Program-made: the position numbers and the translations under genes
Notes under the pieces: model-generated
What the model saw: the letters and a program-made list of their open reading frames with translations, nothing else
The model's database searches: none
What the model was told of the DNA's origin: nothing
In this document: positions 1 to 14,676 of the stretch, one piece after another
How positions within the stretch are numbered: position 1 is the first letter of the stretch
Layout of the letters: every line of letters starts with the position of its first letter
From: Eledone cirrhosa
Taxonomy: Eukaryota
Direction of reading: 5' to 3'
DNA length: 64,000 nt
Assembly: GCA_964016885.1 (NCBI GenBank)
Contig: OZ024742.1
Span: forward strand, 280,674,001 to 280,738,000

Positions 1-1738
1 GTTTGTATCTATATATTCTGTTAAATATAGCCCCTATGGCTAAGTCTTTAGAATATGAAGTCAAAAGGGGCACACGAAAATACAACGAAGAAATGGAAAG
101 TCGCATCTCCCGAGTGAAACTCTGAAAATCACTATGGTTCCGGTAGTAGCAGTTGATACCGTTTATTCCACTTCACATTGGGACTTCACAAAACAGGAAG
201 AAACCAAGATAGGATTGGTAATGTTTTTCGGCGAATTACACAAATAAGCTGAAAATGTAACCCAAGTGATGCGCTTGTAATTCCAGAAAAACATTTGTTC
301 CCAAAGATCGGGAGGCCAGTATTTGCTTAGAATAAAAATAAAATGACAACGTTCGATAGGAATAAATTAGTAAATGGTAACGCTAAATATACTTCACACA
401 TTCTCTATATATACACATACATTTACATCATGCGATGATGGAAAATGATCTACACATGAATGTGTTGTAGGTGGTGGTGTTGAATTGGATAGCCAAACCA
501 CTAGCTGACAATAAATAATAGTAAATAGTGATAAAACGGAAATGGTGTTGCTATAACATGGTACGATAGGCCGTTTGTCTGTCTATATGAATGTCTGTAT
601 GTAGTAAATGACTGTGCATGTTGTAGTGGGGGTAATGAAGAAGGATGGAAATATGTTGACTACAGGCAATGTGTGTGTTCTGATAACATTTCGATGTCGT
701 CTACAAGCACAAGCAGACACAAACACACATACACACGCACACACACGCACACACACACGTATTCATAGATCACTATATAAACATTACATTCATATACACC
801 CATAACCACAACGCTATCCACAACCACCAGAAAAACCATCACCACCAACACCACCAACACCACAATTAGCATCACATACACACATCAACCATGTGATCGT
901 AATAAACAAACATGCACGAATATGAACAAATATATCGAGTAATCAATCCACCATTATCATCATCAACATTATCATAATTATCATCACTATCAATATCAAC
1001 ATCAGAAGTGCCAATATGAGCTCCACTCCAACGAAAACCATCAACTTCACCACCAACATCATTATCGTTATCATCATAATCGTCATGATCAGGATCAGGA
1101 TCATCATCATCATTATCATCTCCATAACTATCACAACCACGTTAACTTAATTAATTTCATCATTGCCATTTCAAGCATCATCATCATGGTTATTATCACC
1201 ACCACCACTGCCATTATTATTTTCGTCACCACCATCACTATCACACTCCCCGACCCGGCAACACCACCACCAAGTTCATCATACATATCACCTGTATTAC
1301 CTTTATGTATCTACATAAAAAGAGATAGACACATAATGGCTGCCGGCAAAATCACACACAACCATAGACAGCCATAAACAGGCAACAGTTGAAAGGCAAG
1401 AAAGAATATTTGTTTATAAGTCTATGCAAGAAGTCTAACAATCATTAGGGAAACGGAATAGAGAAAGGAACAGATAAATAGTATAAATGAAGGATGGCTG
1501 AAAGCTTCATAGGCTGACTATGAAGCAGTGATGCTACAACTGTAGAATCTTGCATACATTAATTTCAACTTGTTCTTATTAATAACTGCACTTATTCTTT
1601 CGAGATTAATTAATTGAGTTACAAACAACGGAAGATCACTTATATGAGTACGTTGCAGATATGTGTGTGTATAGCTCCCAATATTTATATACATACATAC
1701 CCGTATATACATACAAACACACACACATACACACACAC

Positions 1739-1966
<228 letters not shown>

Positions 1967-2068
1967 ACCTAACTCGTCCCGCGGACTGAGTGCTCTACCA
2001 CTACGGATATTACCTTCCAGTGTCCTACCACTATATATATGTATATATGGTATATCTGTCTATCAATC

Positions 2069-2145
<77 letters not shown>

Positions 2146-2589
2146 GTGTGTGTAGAGAGAGAGGGGGATTATGCAAAGGAAACAGAGAGACATGCGGTAG
2201 TAGAAAAGAAAATAACCAAACCCCTTCCGTATAATGGAATGGCAAAATAAACTATATTACTCGGCTCACATTTGAAATTTGAAGAGCGTTTCATGACGGA
2301 AACTTAGTTTTTTCTAAATTATGCCATTGATCAGTCAAAACAAGATTTTCACGTTTTCCACAAGAACTCACGAAATCATGTGACCTGAAGCGAGCTTTCG
2401 GGGTGACCTGCCTATCAAGATACTTTTAAAACGGATATTAGATAAACGTGTTCGATATTTTGTTCCACCAGATAATTCGATTTTATTTTCATTTGTTTTC
2501 GTAATATTTACGTGATATTTTCAAAAAATTATACATAAATATTATACACACACATTCATGAAAGCAGATGCGTGCTACATACAATCACT

Positions 2590-2676
<87 letters not shown>

Positions 2677-2910
2677 TATATGTGTACATATGTGTATGTT
2701 TCAGTGCGTGTGTGTATGAATGTGTGTATACGAGCTCGTGTATGTGTATATGTACATACACAAATCATGAACTGAGAATGGAAACAAATCTAAAATTATG
2801 TAGATCAATAGAATCACAGATATGAAAATATAATGATATATTTGCTATGTAAACACATACACACACAATAATGCATAGAATTACGCACACATATATATGT
2901 ATATATACAC

Positions 2911-2941
<31 letters not shown>

Positions 2942-3113
2942 CAGTATATATATGTGTGAGTGTATGTATGGGTATGTGTGTGTATGTCTGCGTATGTGTG
3001 TGTCTTAAACTATATATGTTATCAGTACAAACGTATCTACAAATTATGCAGATCAATAGAATCACAAATATGAAGCGATAATGATATATTTTCTATGTAA
3101 ATACGCATAATGT

Positions 3114-3243
<130 letters not shown>

Positions 3244-3683
3244 ATATATATGCTTGTATATAAATGAATGTATATATATATGAATGTATATATATATATA
3301 TAAATATACATACATACATATACATACATACACTTATATAGGCACGTTCCTGCACAGTTATACACGTCGCTCCTACTTACATATACAGGCACATACACGA
3401 ATTGATGAGCATATCACACATACAAGAGTACATGTGCTCAAAACTATCCTTTCTATTCTGAAGCAATAATGCATTTAATTTAGCCAAGCATAACAAGGAT
3501 CAAAGAAAAAACAAATGATGACGTAAATGTAGCTGGAGGGATTGAATATTTGATGGGAAATAGAGTATTGATAGTAAGAGACATACATATAGATATACGC
3601 ACACACACAAATACTCATATAGACACACACAGACGAAGAGTTACTCGCATACACACTCTCTTTGACACACACACATACACATA

Positions 3684-3782
<99 letters not shown>

Positions 3783-3788
3783 GTATGG

Positions 3789-3819
<31 letters not shown>

Positions 3820-3928
3820 TGTATATATATATATATATATAAATATGTATATATATATAAATATAAACATATATATATATCTGTATGTATATATACATAT
3901 ATGTATATATAGATATGTGTATAGGCAT

Positions 3929-3995
<67 letters not shown>

Positions 3996-4319
3996 TGCGG
4001 CATTGCACGATACAAATACCTTACCACTCCGTAATTTTATATATATTTAATGTCTTCGGGTGAAACAGATGTAATGAAATTATTAAATGTCGGGAAAGAT
4101 TTATTTTAATTTAATTCTAGTAACTAGTATATGGATTTACCTTCTTATACCGGTATCGTACTTAAAAGATGATCTTTAACTATCCTTATATTTCTCCTGT
4201 AGAAACGCGCGAAAGATTAATAAATATATCGTAAATTCAGAGTTAAACATCGGTTTTATTTCATAGATATGTACAAAGAAACATCCAGACTTACACTCAA
4301 TTAGACTAACCCGAAGATA

Positions 4320-4399
4320 CATGAACTTCAAGATTGTGGCTTGGTAAAACAATGCACGACCGTGCATTGTTTTACCAAGTCACAATCCTGAAGTTCATG
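4320..4399. repeat. 80 bp near-perfect palindrome
   Basis: catgaacttcaagattgtggcttggtaaaacaatgcacg / cgtgcattgttttaccaagtcacaatcctgaagttcatg. Confidence 0.85.
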
Positions 4400-4819
4400 C
4401 ATGGTCACTGTAAACTAACGGATATAATATAATAGGAATAGGGAACAAGTTTTTGTTATCATATGTAAGCCTAAAACGATCGTCATTTATATAAGTGAAG
4501 AGAAATTGGTCTGTCAAAGATTTCGAACTCACGATCTGGCAATATTCCCACAAAAAACTGATACATTTACTTCAAGCTAGCATATAACTGTATGATATGG
4601 TGTTCGCCATTATTGCTTACATTATTCGTTAAACAGCTCCAAAAAAGATCAAATGCCAAATGGATACATGATTGATGTTCGATACGCATGCGCCAAATAA
4701 CTGCAGGCTAAGGACTTTATTGCGTGCTTTCGACTCATTGTATTCCAAATTATATTTCTTCCAGAGAAATGCTTTTGTTTTTATAACTTTATTTCAGATT
4801 ATATATATATATAAATATG

Positions 4820-4917
<98 letters not shown>

Positions 4918-4930
4918 TGTGTGTGTGTGT

Positions 4931-4968
<38 letters not shown>

Positions 4969-5024
4969 TTTGACTGTCTGTGTATATCGGTGCGTGTATG
5001 TCTATGTGTGTTTGTATGTATATG

Positions 5025-5092
<68 letters not shown>

Positions 5093-5231
5093 CAAATACA
5101 TATAAAACACACATAGACATACATATATATATATACACATACATATACATGCATGCATACACAGTCACATATGTATATTTATATACATATATAAATACAT
5201 ATATATATACATATATATAAAAATATAAATA

Positions 5232-5295
<64 letters not shown>

Positions 5296-5476
5296 GCACA
5301 TATATATGGGGTGGGGTGTCTAATTATACACATATTTGTTCATCATTATTTTTTTTTTATATTTTTATTTTTACTTTAAATTTGTGATTCGTGATTTATT
5401 CGATTTCGAAAATAGTCATTGGTGGGTTTTATTTCCTGGTGTGAGGGAGAAAGGCATATCTATCCCTTTCTTTCTT

Positions 5477-5511
<35 letters not shown>

Positions 5512-5544
5512 ACCTGTCTCTCTTTCTCTCTCTCTCTCACTCTT

Positions 5545-5581
<37 letters not shown>

Positions 5582-5588
5582 GTATATA

Positions 5589-6014
5589 CTAGCAGAATGG
5601 CCCAGCGTTGCTCAGGATTCTAAACATAGATTGGCAGGTTTATCACTCCTTTCTGAAACAGTTTCGCCGTAGGTTCACTAATTATTGCAGAAGTCCTAAT
5701 AAAAAGTGAAGTCGCCTTGGGTGAATCGGCAAATAATTTTCTATTAAGTTTTTCAAAAGCATGTAATTGCGTTCCCTCTCTTTTTTGTTGTTGTTTTTGC
5801 TGCTGATGGTGTGATAGTGGCCCTGAGTCGTACTACTAACACATTCTCGTCCTTCTTCAGCCAATCGTGTATATCCCCTTCTGCCTCGTCAGCAATGAGA
5901 ACAATATTTGCTCTGGGGTTCTTTATATTTGATATATATTTATCCTTATCGAGCCTCGTGAAATAAATACTTTTGTTTATATTTTGTTATTGTGTATGCA
6001 AACATATCTGTACA

Positions 6015-6020
<6 letters not shown>
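5589..6020 (-). mobile_element. Non-autonomous Helitron 3' portion
   Basis: The minus strand ends ...cctgagcaacgctgggccattctgCTAG|t, matching the hairpin+CTAG end at 19511-19539. 5905-6020 is homologous to 19385-19508. Confidence 0.6.
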
Positions 6021-6070
<50 letters not shown>

Positions 6071-6074
<4 letters not shown>

Positions 6075-6372
6075 AATATAGACATAGAATATTCGAAAAT
6101 ATTCTGTATGTTTATAATAAACATTTTGAAGACCTAATCGCTATAGAATAGAATACGTCACGTATTACAATTAGATTCTCGATAAAAGCAAGGGAAGTAA
6201 TCTACGCGTTTCATTCTTATTAGAAATCTTCAGGACTACATATCCAGTGCTTTTATCGAGAATCTATATAGAATAGAATACGTGACGTATTCTATTCTAT
6301 AGCGATTAGGTCTTCAAAATGTTTATTATAAACATACAGAATATTTTCGAATATTCTATGTCTATATTCACA
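6071..6372. mobile_element. Foldback element in (TA)n with a hammerhead ribozyme in its loop
   Basis: ~120 bp inverted arms (tgtgaatatagacatagaatattcg...) enclose the HHR at 6197-6239. Confidence 0.8.
6197..6239 (-). ncRNA. Minimal type I hammerhead ribozyme
   Basis: Minus strand: gtagtc CTGAAGA t ttct aata agaa t GAAAC gc GTA gattac. Stems I and II pair; helix III is palindromic (acgcgt). Confidence 0.85.
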
Positions 6373-6433
6373 TATATATCGCTATTTCAGAGCATTTATT
6401 CCAATATATATATATATTAAAATAACAGATTAA

Positions 6434-6484
6434 AGTTTAAGTAAAGAATCGCTGATTTCACCCTTAACGGGATCTTCTGAAACT
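6434..6484 (-). ncRNA. Hammerhead-like motif, CAGAAGA-core family (decayed copy)
   Basis: Minus strand: agttt CAGAAGA tccc gttaa gggt GAAA tcagcgattctttac TT aaact. Homologous to 29411-29461. Confidence 0.5.
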
Positions 6485-6659
6485 AAAAAAATCAATCTGT
6501 GAACGCAAAAGTAAATATTTCGAAAAACGTTACACACTATATATATACACAGACTATATATACATACACACCCATACAGTGTCATAATGTGGTAATGCAG
6601 ATAGCCAGACATACAGACAGATATTATAAGGGCTCGACGTTATAGCTATCTCTGTATAG

Positions 6660-6775
6660 TGAGCGATTGGAGTTCCACGTACTGGCCGCCCCACAGCTCC
6701 GGCGGACAGAATGGAGAAAGCGTTTCCCCGGAGGATGGTAAGGGAAATGCGCTGGAAGAGCCTACTTTGTTTGCT
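6660..6775 (-). mobile_element. C-terminal fragment of a CRE/REL-type non-LTR retrotransposon
   Basis: Translates SKQSRLFQRISLTILRGNAFSILSAG, resembling the LFQRISxAIQRGNA C-terminus of CRE-like elements. Confidence 0.55.
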
Positions 6776-8100
6776 AGTTAGAATTAAGAGAAAAAAAACA
6801 GAAGGATGATTATTGATCCATCAGGTGCCGTTGGAGTTCAGGTGGTTCGACCTCCATTTCTGGTGGGATCTCTTTTGGGAACCTCTTTAAAACACTTCTG
6901 GTTGACTTTACGTGAGAGGATCCTATGTATTAGCTTTCTCTAATAATTAATGTGTCCTCTTATCTTAAATGGTCGTCTTTTTTTTATATCCTAAGTGAAT
7001 AATTCACCTACATTTGTAGACATGGCTGCGAATATGTTGTTGGTGTTGTTGTTTGTGATGTTGTGGTTGCAGTTGATCATGTCGCTGCTGTTTGTATTAT
7101 TGTTTAATTATTGTTGTTTATGTTATTATTGTTGTTACTGTTGTCGTCATTGTATTTGTTACTTTTGTTTTTGTGTTTTTGTTGTTATTGAAGTGGTGTT
7201 GCAGATAGTAATGTAGATGGTAGAGGAAGAGCAGTTTGTTTGGGCTCTGCTTACGATTATGGCGGTGTGGGTAGCGGCGTTCACAATTGCGGATTTAGGT
7301 AGCAGAGGAAAATGAATTTCATGTAAACTTTCTGCTGGGCACGATTAGTGGTTTTAGATTTGGTTCTTGTGCTGTTGATATTTTTGTCGTTGGTGTTGTT
7401 GGTGCTGTTGTTGGTACTGTTACGGCAATTACTGCAGATGTTGTTGTTGTTGCTGCTGCTGACAATGTTTGTAATGTTATTGGTAACAGTTGTGTCGTTA
7501 GTGGTGACGCTTTTCTTGCTTGTTTCGTGCATGACGCCGTCGGTTTTCCTAGCGGAAGAAACTTCGGTTTGTGCCATGTTCTTCTGCTAAACATTGCGGG
7601 GAGGTGAAGCATCAAAGTAAATGTATCTTTAGATCCTTGGGACAGAAGGTGGCGGACGGACAATAAATTCACTCGGAAAATGGATATGTTACCTACAGAA
7701 ATGATGAAACATTCCAAATGAGACTTTTTTTTAAAAACGGGTTAGCTTCAAAAAAAACTTACAGAGTATAAACTGTGTGGCGTACAGGCCAGAAAAACAA
7801 AAATGAAAGCAACAGCAACTACAACAATAACAACAACAATAATAATGCTTTCTTTATTAACCAAAAAGGGTTTACACACAGCAAGACATTAAGGACAATA
7901 CAGGATAATACAGGACGGTACAAATGGGCATTTCTGCGTGTAAAAGAAAAAAAAAAGGATGCAACAAAAAAAGAAACAATAACAAATTCCCCAATAGGGA
8001 GGAGATTTCCGAGGGACATTTGTGGAGAAAGCCCATTAAAAAGGCCACGGTGACTCTGACCACCAGGGCAAGTGCCCTCTCCCAGTTTTCCACCTTCAAT

Positions 8101-11100
8101 TTACAGGCATATGCTCAGAGTAGGCCCATTCACACGGGCCATTCTTGCCTCTTTCACCCATCTTTCAACAAATTGCTAGGAAGAGAGCACTTCCCTCTCT
8201 ACCCTGATTTTCCTTTTCAAATGAAATTAGAAAAAGTTAATCAGGGCATCACCGAAGAGGTAAGTGCTCGTCTTCAGCACTTTCAAACGCGTCCACCATA
8301 TTATCTCTTTCGCCATGGCTACCAGACAGATAAAAACTGCCTGCCCTTCCCGGCTAAAGGAAGAGGGTGGGGAAATCCTCACCTCCATGCCTGTAGAGTT
8401 TATCCCGAACTGGCAAAGCTCCTCGGTAGCACTGCCAGGCCAGGGATTTCTGGAAGTTGCCCATAGGCCCCGGCCCGAAACTTCTTCCGAAGAAATTGGC
8501 TAGTTGATTTTCGTCGACGCCTAGGGTGTGCCCAAGTACGTCGTTGCGCTTCCTCTCCACTGATCCTCTATAGAAAGCCAAGGTGGAGTTTCCACCAATC
8601 ACATTGCCCGATTAGTGGAGGGCTGTGAGCGCCTGAGGACATTCCAGTCTCCAAGCGCTCCCTCTCGGTCTTCGCTTGACCCAGGACTGCCGCTCCGTCA
8701 AGGAGACGAGCTGGGGAAAGACGCGTCTAGCAAACGGCGACCACACATGATCACCGTCGAGGAAGAGCTGAGGATGTCGTAGACTGAGCGCGTGGCTGCG
8801 CATCATCAGCCGCGGCATGCCCAGCCCTCCATGTAGCGGGTGTTGACAGCAGATGGACCGCCTGCCCATCGGAGCGCGTCCCTTTCACAAAAAGCGAAAG
8901 AGCAAACGCTCCAGCGCAGTCAGGCGAGACTTAGGACAAGGTAGGACGGTCAGGCGGTAGTAGATGATGGACGCGATGTACGCGTGAGCCACTTCCGCTC
9001 GACCTTTCAGGGATAGCTTCATCTCCGCCCATTTCTGGGTGAGAGAAGCCACCCTGCTCGTCACATCGTCCGAGTTTTTGTCCGTCTGGAGGTCCGAACC
9101 GAACCAGATCGCTAGCAATTTAACCGGTCCATCCGTCCGGCGCCCGACGACGGTGTTGGACGGCATGGACCTGCCTCTCCAGGTGCCGAGCTGCAGGCCC
9201 ACCGACTATTCCTGGTTGATCATTGCTCCCGTCACCGCTTTGTATTCTCTTAGTGTAGTGCCGATCGCCTCGATGTGTTTGGCGTTCGACACCACTACGG
9301 TGACATCGTCCGCATATGCTGACACGGATCTTCCGCATCCTAGTTCGCGCGGGACCCCCTTCAACGTCTCCAGTTTGTGCAGTAATGGCTCGAGAGTCAA
9401 TACATACAACATGGACGAGAGGGGACATCCTTGGCGGACTGAGCACATGATGTTGAAGGGTTCCGAAAGGTGGCCATTCACACTCACCACAGAGCAGATG
9501 TCGCTGTGCATGGCAGCGATCCAGCCTCTGAAGACGGGCTCAAAGCCAGCTGCCCTCAGGACTGCCGCCAGATAACGATGCTCGACCATATAGAAAGCAT
9601 TCGACTGATCTAAATTGATCCAGGCCCCACCCGTGCCAGGTTCCCTAGCTACCCTCTCCACCATGTATCGCATGAGGTGGAGGTTGTCGTAGGTGGATCT
9701 GTTTGGGGTGGCGCATGTTTGCGTCTCTCTCACCAGACCACCAACGACAAGCGCCAATCCCTTTGCTAGCACCTGGGCCAAAATCTTGAACTCTGTGTTT
9801 TGCAGGGTTATGGGCCTACTTTATCTATCTTATCCCCCTTGTTCGGATCCTTTCTCAGCAACGCCACCGCTCGTTGGCTCACAGAGCGGGGAATTCTCCT
9901 GTTGCGTTGCCAGTTGCATTAGACGTCCGCCAAGAGGTCTCCGAACAAGTCTGGCATGTGTACGTAAAGTTCGTAGGGCAGACCATCCAAATAGGCGATT
10001 TACCCTTTGTGCAGCCAGTCATTGCATCCAGTACTTTAGCTGATGTTATCGGCTTTTCACAACATTCCGACTCAGTGGCCGAGAGCCGCGGCAGTCCGTC
10101 GAGGTAGCCACTAAAGTCCATCCCGCGATCCGGCCCGCCGCTGCCCTGGATAGCTGGGCTAAGTGTCACTGAAAAGCTTCACACATTTCACCCGGGATCG
10201 AGTAGCATGCCCCCGTTGTGGCCCACCAAAGACCGGATTGTGGCTTTATTGACACAGCGCCCTTTGCCACGCGGGCCCATTGAATACCGTTCGTCCCCAT
10301 GTGTCTGAGAGCATGCATACTAGCTCTGACAACGCAGCCTTCGTGCTTTGCATTGAAGAATTGGTCGAGGGCCTATTTCGCCGCTAGCACGTCGGAATCA
10401 TTGCCTTTACTAAGCGGCTCGTCTAATGTTCTAACTAGTTCTCCCTCTGATCTATTTTTCTCTATTGCTAACGCCTTACTAAACCTAATGGACTTTATTC
10501 TAATCGCTCTCTTCAGAGCAAACCATCATTTGTTGTTGACGATGGCCCCCGTCAACGCCCGCTTAACTAGTTCGCTAATCCGGTCTCTCTAGGCCTTACG
10601 AGCTGTAACGACGCATTTAGCTTCCAGTAGCCGAGTCTCTGTCTATGAAGACTATCTAAGTCAACCTCACTGATCATGAATTACTGGTCCGTGTAGTCGA
10701 CTATTTTCAATTGTGGACAGCCTTTTCTAGACCTATCTATTTCCCTACGAAATATCTATCTAGATATGATCTGGATGACCCGACGCGGTTTGTCCATGTC
10801 CACATTAGCACAATCGGGAAATTCAGACGGTACCTATCAGACAGTTGAAACCGTCTGAGCAGGTTTCCGAGGCTTTACACCCTCCTCCCCTATCCGCTAA
10901 TCCCACACAGTTCAAGCGTGCATCCAAGATCCCGTTCCAGTCGTCCACTAACACTAAAGAGCGGGACATTCCAAGAAAGGTCTCCAGACGCCGGAAGAAA
11001 TCCAGCCGCCCTGCTCCTGTCGGGGCTTAGACGGCCTCTAGTCTGAACGATTGCCCGTCTACGCTGGTCACGTGCAGCACAACCAGCTTACCTTCTGGGT

Positions 11101-11360
11101 CCACTAAGATGGCCTGTATGGCGAGATCCAAACCTCTCTGAAAAAGCACAGCGACTCCTCCACCGATCTAGGACGGCTGGGAGATGCGTACACATCGTAG
11201 CCGACGAAGATCGGTGCGAAGGCTCCTGCTTCGGAGATTCTGGTCTCGCTGATGGCCACCACATCTATGTTTATTGACATGAGGTCATTGAGTAGGTGGC
11301 CCTGCTTCCATGACGACCCCAGGCCACGCACATTTTGCTGCCTATTCTGAGTAAGGTCAT
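8101..11360 (-). pseudogene. LINE ORF2 (AP endonuclease + reverse transcriptase), frameshifted
   Basis: APE: MTLLRIGS/NVRGL...INIDVVAISETR. RT: INLDQSNAF, SVRQGCPLSSMLYVL, AYADDVTV. Also LSLKGRAEV; ends ...NGPTLSICL*. Many stops and frameshifts. Confidence 0.9.
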
Positions 11361-11395
11361 GTTGAAAAGGAGTGGGAAAGATGGGAACGACCACT

Positions 11396-13743
11396 TACCT
11401 CACTTCTTGTGGAGGAAGGATGGTTTTTCCGTCCTTCTCACTGATTGTGGCCCCCTCCGGAAGGCTGTCTTTATAAATCCTCCTGGAGATGTTTGTCGGA
11501 AGTCTCCGATGTCCTCGGGGAATTTTAATTTGTGTGTCGTGTACGATTTCTGTGTGATGCGAGTGAATTGTATGTGTAGGGGTGGTGTGGATTTTTGGGA
11601 TATTGTATAGTCTTTTACTGTGATGCTGGGGTTATGTTGGATGTAGTGTAATAATTGGTTGCTGTTCAAATTTAATTGTTTCTACGTTAGGCACAAGGCC
11701 AGCAATAACCCAATGTATTACTGGTACTTTATTTTATCGACCCCGTAAGGATGAAAGGCAAAGTTAACCTCGGCGGGATTTGAACTCGGAATGGCAAGGG
11801 CCGTAACTCTATGCGTCAAATCATGGCATCCGACCCTCTACTAATACTGTCAAACCACCGGTTGTTGTTCAAAGTTAATGCTGTGTAGTGTGTATCGTTT
11901 TGGTTGCTTTGTTTTGTTTGCATTTGTTGTGGGTTTGTTTCTGTTTCGCTTGTTGATGATTTTTGTGGTGTTGGTGATGGTGGTGTTGAGGTTAATGATG
12001 GTGATGGTGTTGTTGTTTGTGATGATGGAGCTGGTAATGCTGGTGTTGGTGGTGAGCTAGCTGTCTTAACTTTTTTGTAAGTTTCTTTGTTTCGCTCACA
12101 TTTCGTTTTTGGAGGGCGAAGGAAGTGGATTTTCTTTCTTTTTGGTTTAAATTTTTTTTTGCAGATACAGTTTCCCACTGCTCCTCGTGGTCACAATCTG
12201 TCTCAAGTTGCGATAGGTCGGGGAGTGAACAATCCTCCACAGGCGTTGGTTTTGGTTGTGGCGTGGTGGATGGTGGAGGCCTTGGTGCTAATTCTGACGC
12301 GGTGGGAGGCGGTGGTGGTGGTGTTGGTTTTGCTACTGTTGCTGCTACAGATGCTGGGTTTGTTGCTGCTACAGTTGCTTCTGTTGTTGCTGCTACAGTT
12401 GTTGCTCTCATTTCTGCTGTTGGTTTTGATGGTTGAGTCACTGGGGTGGGTAGGAGAGGTGGCCTCAACTTTTTAGCCTGAGGGCAGAAAGCCTTTACGT
12501 GGGTTCCTTCGCCACAAACGACACACCTAGGCCTTCTACTTCCCTCAACGATTACGATGATGTGGTTGCCGCCATTGAGGTCTATCACCTCTGGAATTTC
12601 CTGTATGTTTTTTGGTTGTTAGGATCAGGAGCTCCATCCCAGATGCGGACATGTCTCCTGTTTTACTTGTATCACCTTAATTACTTTAGTGTCGGGCTCG
12701 ATGTCGGCGAGGACGGCAGCCATTAGCCAAGGAATTTCAATGGCCGGCTGAATGGCCTGGGTGACCCTGATCCTTACCAGACCCTGACCACAATAGCTTG
12801 TGACGAGTGTGAACTCGTCACTTTTTAATGGGGCCATGGAGTACTCTCTGGCTTCATGTGGGGTTCCAAAGAACACGTCCACGGTTCCATATTTTTGCCC
12901 ATGTTTTATGTGGGTGTTTTGAGCCCACACATGTCCCAAATCTTTTTGTATCTGGGGCTCGGATGCCTGTTCCATTCGGTGCGTATTAATATTTATCGTC
13001 CGATATGACACGGTGTATAGGCGCAGATGCTCCATGGTATTAGCTGGGGGATGAGGCTGACCCTGTAACCATATTTTTTTATCATTTGCTTGGTTTCATT
13101 CAATTCTTCCTGGCTTACCGCAACCGTTTCATTTTTGTTTGCCGCTTTAGCAAACGACACATTAGATTTTACGCTGGTGTTGATGTTGTTGTTGTTATTC
13201 TTATTGTTGCTGTTATTGTTATTTTTGTTATTATTATTTTTAGTTTTAGTTGTGGTGGTGGTGGTGGTGGTGGTGGTGGTATCAGTGGCGTCCTGCGTGG
13301 AAAAGTCGATTTCGGAGAATCCATTTCGATATCACGAGAACAAATTTATTTTTGTTTCTGTTGTTGCTGTTGTGGTGGTGGTATCAGTGCTGTTGGCTGT
13401 TCTTTTTGACATTGTGGTGGTGGGGATGGCGGCTTTAACACCTGTAAACATTGGTAATAGCGTGAAATCCATGTCTGTATGAGACAAATATAAATAAGTG
13501 CCATTGCTATTAATTATATTTTCAGTGTTGGCATTTTTTTCTGTTGTCGGTATTTTGGATGTGACTGTTATTGTTGTAGTTGGTGTGGTAATTTTTTAAA
13601 AATTAGTGTTCTCAGTATTGTTGTCTTTGTTCACGTTTTTTGTGGTGATGTTTGTGTATTAATTTCTGTAACCCTCCTCTCAACTTTTATGCCGTTGTTA
13701 CACGACAGCAGACATATTGCTGGAGAGGGCGTGGCTCAGCCAT
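11396..13743 (-). pseudogene. LINE ORF1 (gag-like) remnant with zinc knuckle
   Basis: RPRCVVCGEGTHVKAFC = CX2CX4HX4C, with Pro/Thr-rich linkers; interrupted by a SINE at 11677-11859. Confidence 0.75.
11677..11859 (-). mobile_element. tRNA-derived SINE (octopus-like family) inserted in LINE ORF1
   Basis: Core ggtactttattttatcgacccc...ggatgaaaggcaaagttaacctcggcgggatttgaactc. 20 bp TSD ggttgYtgttcaaaKttaat at 11657-11676 and 11860-11879. Confidence 0.9.
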
Positions 13744-14469
13744 GAATTTTTTTTATTTTTAAAAGTAAAATGTTCAAATATTGTTCAAATATTTGGACCA
13801 AAAGGGCCAGATATTATACTTTCCCCTTCACAGAGCAAAGACCAAGGGTTTATATCCCTTACACAACAAGAAAGGTTAGACAACAAATAATTATAACAGG
13901 TAAATAAAGCGGCTTACGGGGAGCGAGCAAAAAGACTTCCGAACAGATCAATAATAATAATAATTGTGATGATGATTATGATGATTATTCAGTCGACTGA
14001 TATCTAATTCTTATTTAGAATTTTGAAAAAAATTAAACTTTCAGAAATATAGCAGCGTATATTCATGTCGGATTTCAGAGCAGACTGCAACATATTGTAT
14101 CAATTATAGTGGAATGTTCATTTACATTTCAATAACGTACTTATTTTTAGTGGGTATATGTCTTGCATTGAAATGTTTATTTCATCATGTTGATGATAAA
14201 TAACGTGACATCATCGGCATTAATGCTTAGAAAATGTATTCCATAAATATACGACGTCTCTCTATGTATCTGTTCGTGTGTATGTATGTATATATGTATG
14301 TATGCATGGATGTATGTATGCAAGTATGTATGTATCTATGTATGCATGCATGTATGTATGTACAGACTCAGGATGAATGTATCTATGTGCATATGTATGT
14401 ATGTGTGTTAGTATGTATATATGTGTGTATATGTTTGTATTTAAGTATGTAAGGAATGCATGTAAATAC

Positions 14470-14519
<50 letters not shown>

Positions 14520-14635
14520 CGAAGGAAGTGTCGTAAGGAACCAGATGGACCATAACACACCAGAGTACTCAAAACTTAGAATCCAGAAATAGCCGTCGAA
14601 ACGGCTTGAGCTCTGCTGTCAGGGTTAAAGATTTT

Positions 14636-14675
<40 letters not shown>

Positions 14676-14676
14676 G

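Larger units (their letters stand above)
7847..13948 (-). mobile_element. Full-length, decayed L1/Tx1-clade LINE
   Basis: ORF1 has a CCHC knuckle and ORF2 has APE and RT domains. AATAAA lies near the 3' end. Putative TSD caataataat at 7837-7846 and 13949-13958. Confidence 0.85.

Noticed and set aside
800-1290. Hydrophobic or His/Thr-rich ORFs
   Set aside because: Decayed (CAT)/(CAC) trinucleotide low-complexity sequence.
2275-2315. Hammerhead-like gaaat TTGAAGA gcgtttcatgacg GAAAC tta GTT ttttc
   Set aside because: C3U without G8A, stem II out of register and a weak stem I; could be a relic but is not supportable.
6780-7800. Possible 5' end/ORF1 of a second Tx1-like LINE (-)
   Set aside because: Only compositional similarity (Thr/Asn-rich) to 13080-13700; no diagnostic motif was recognised.
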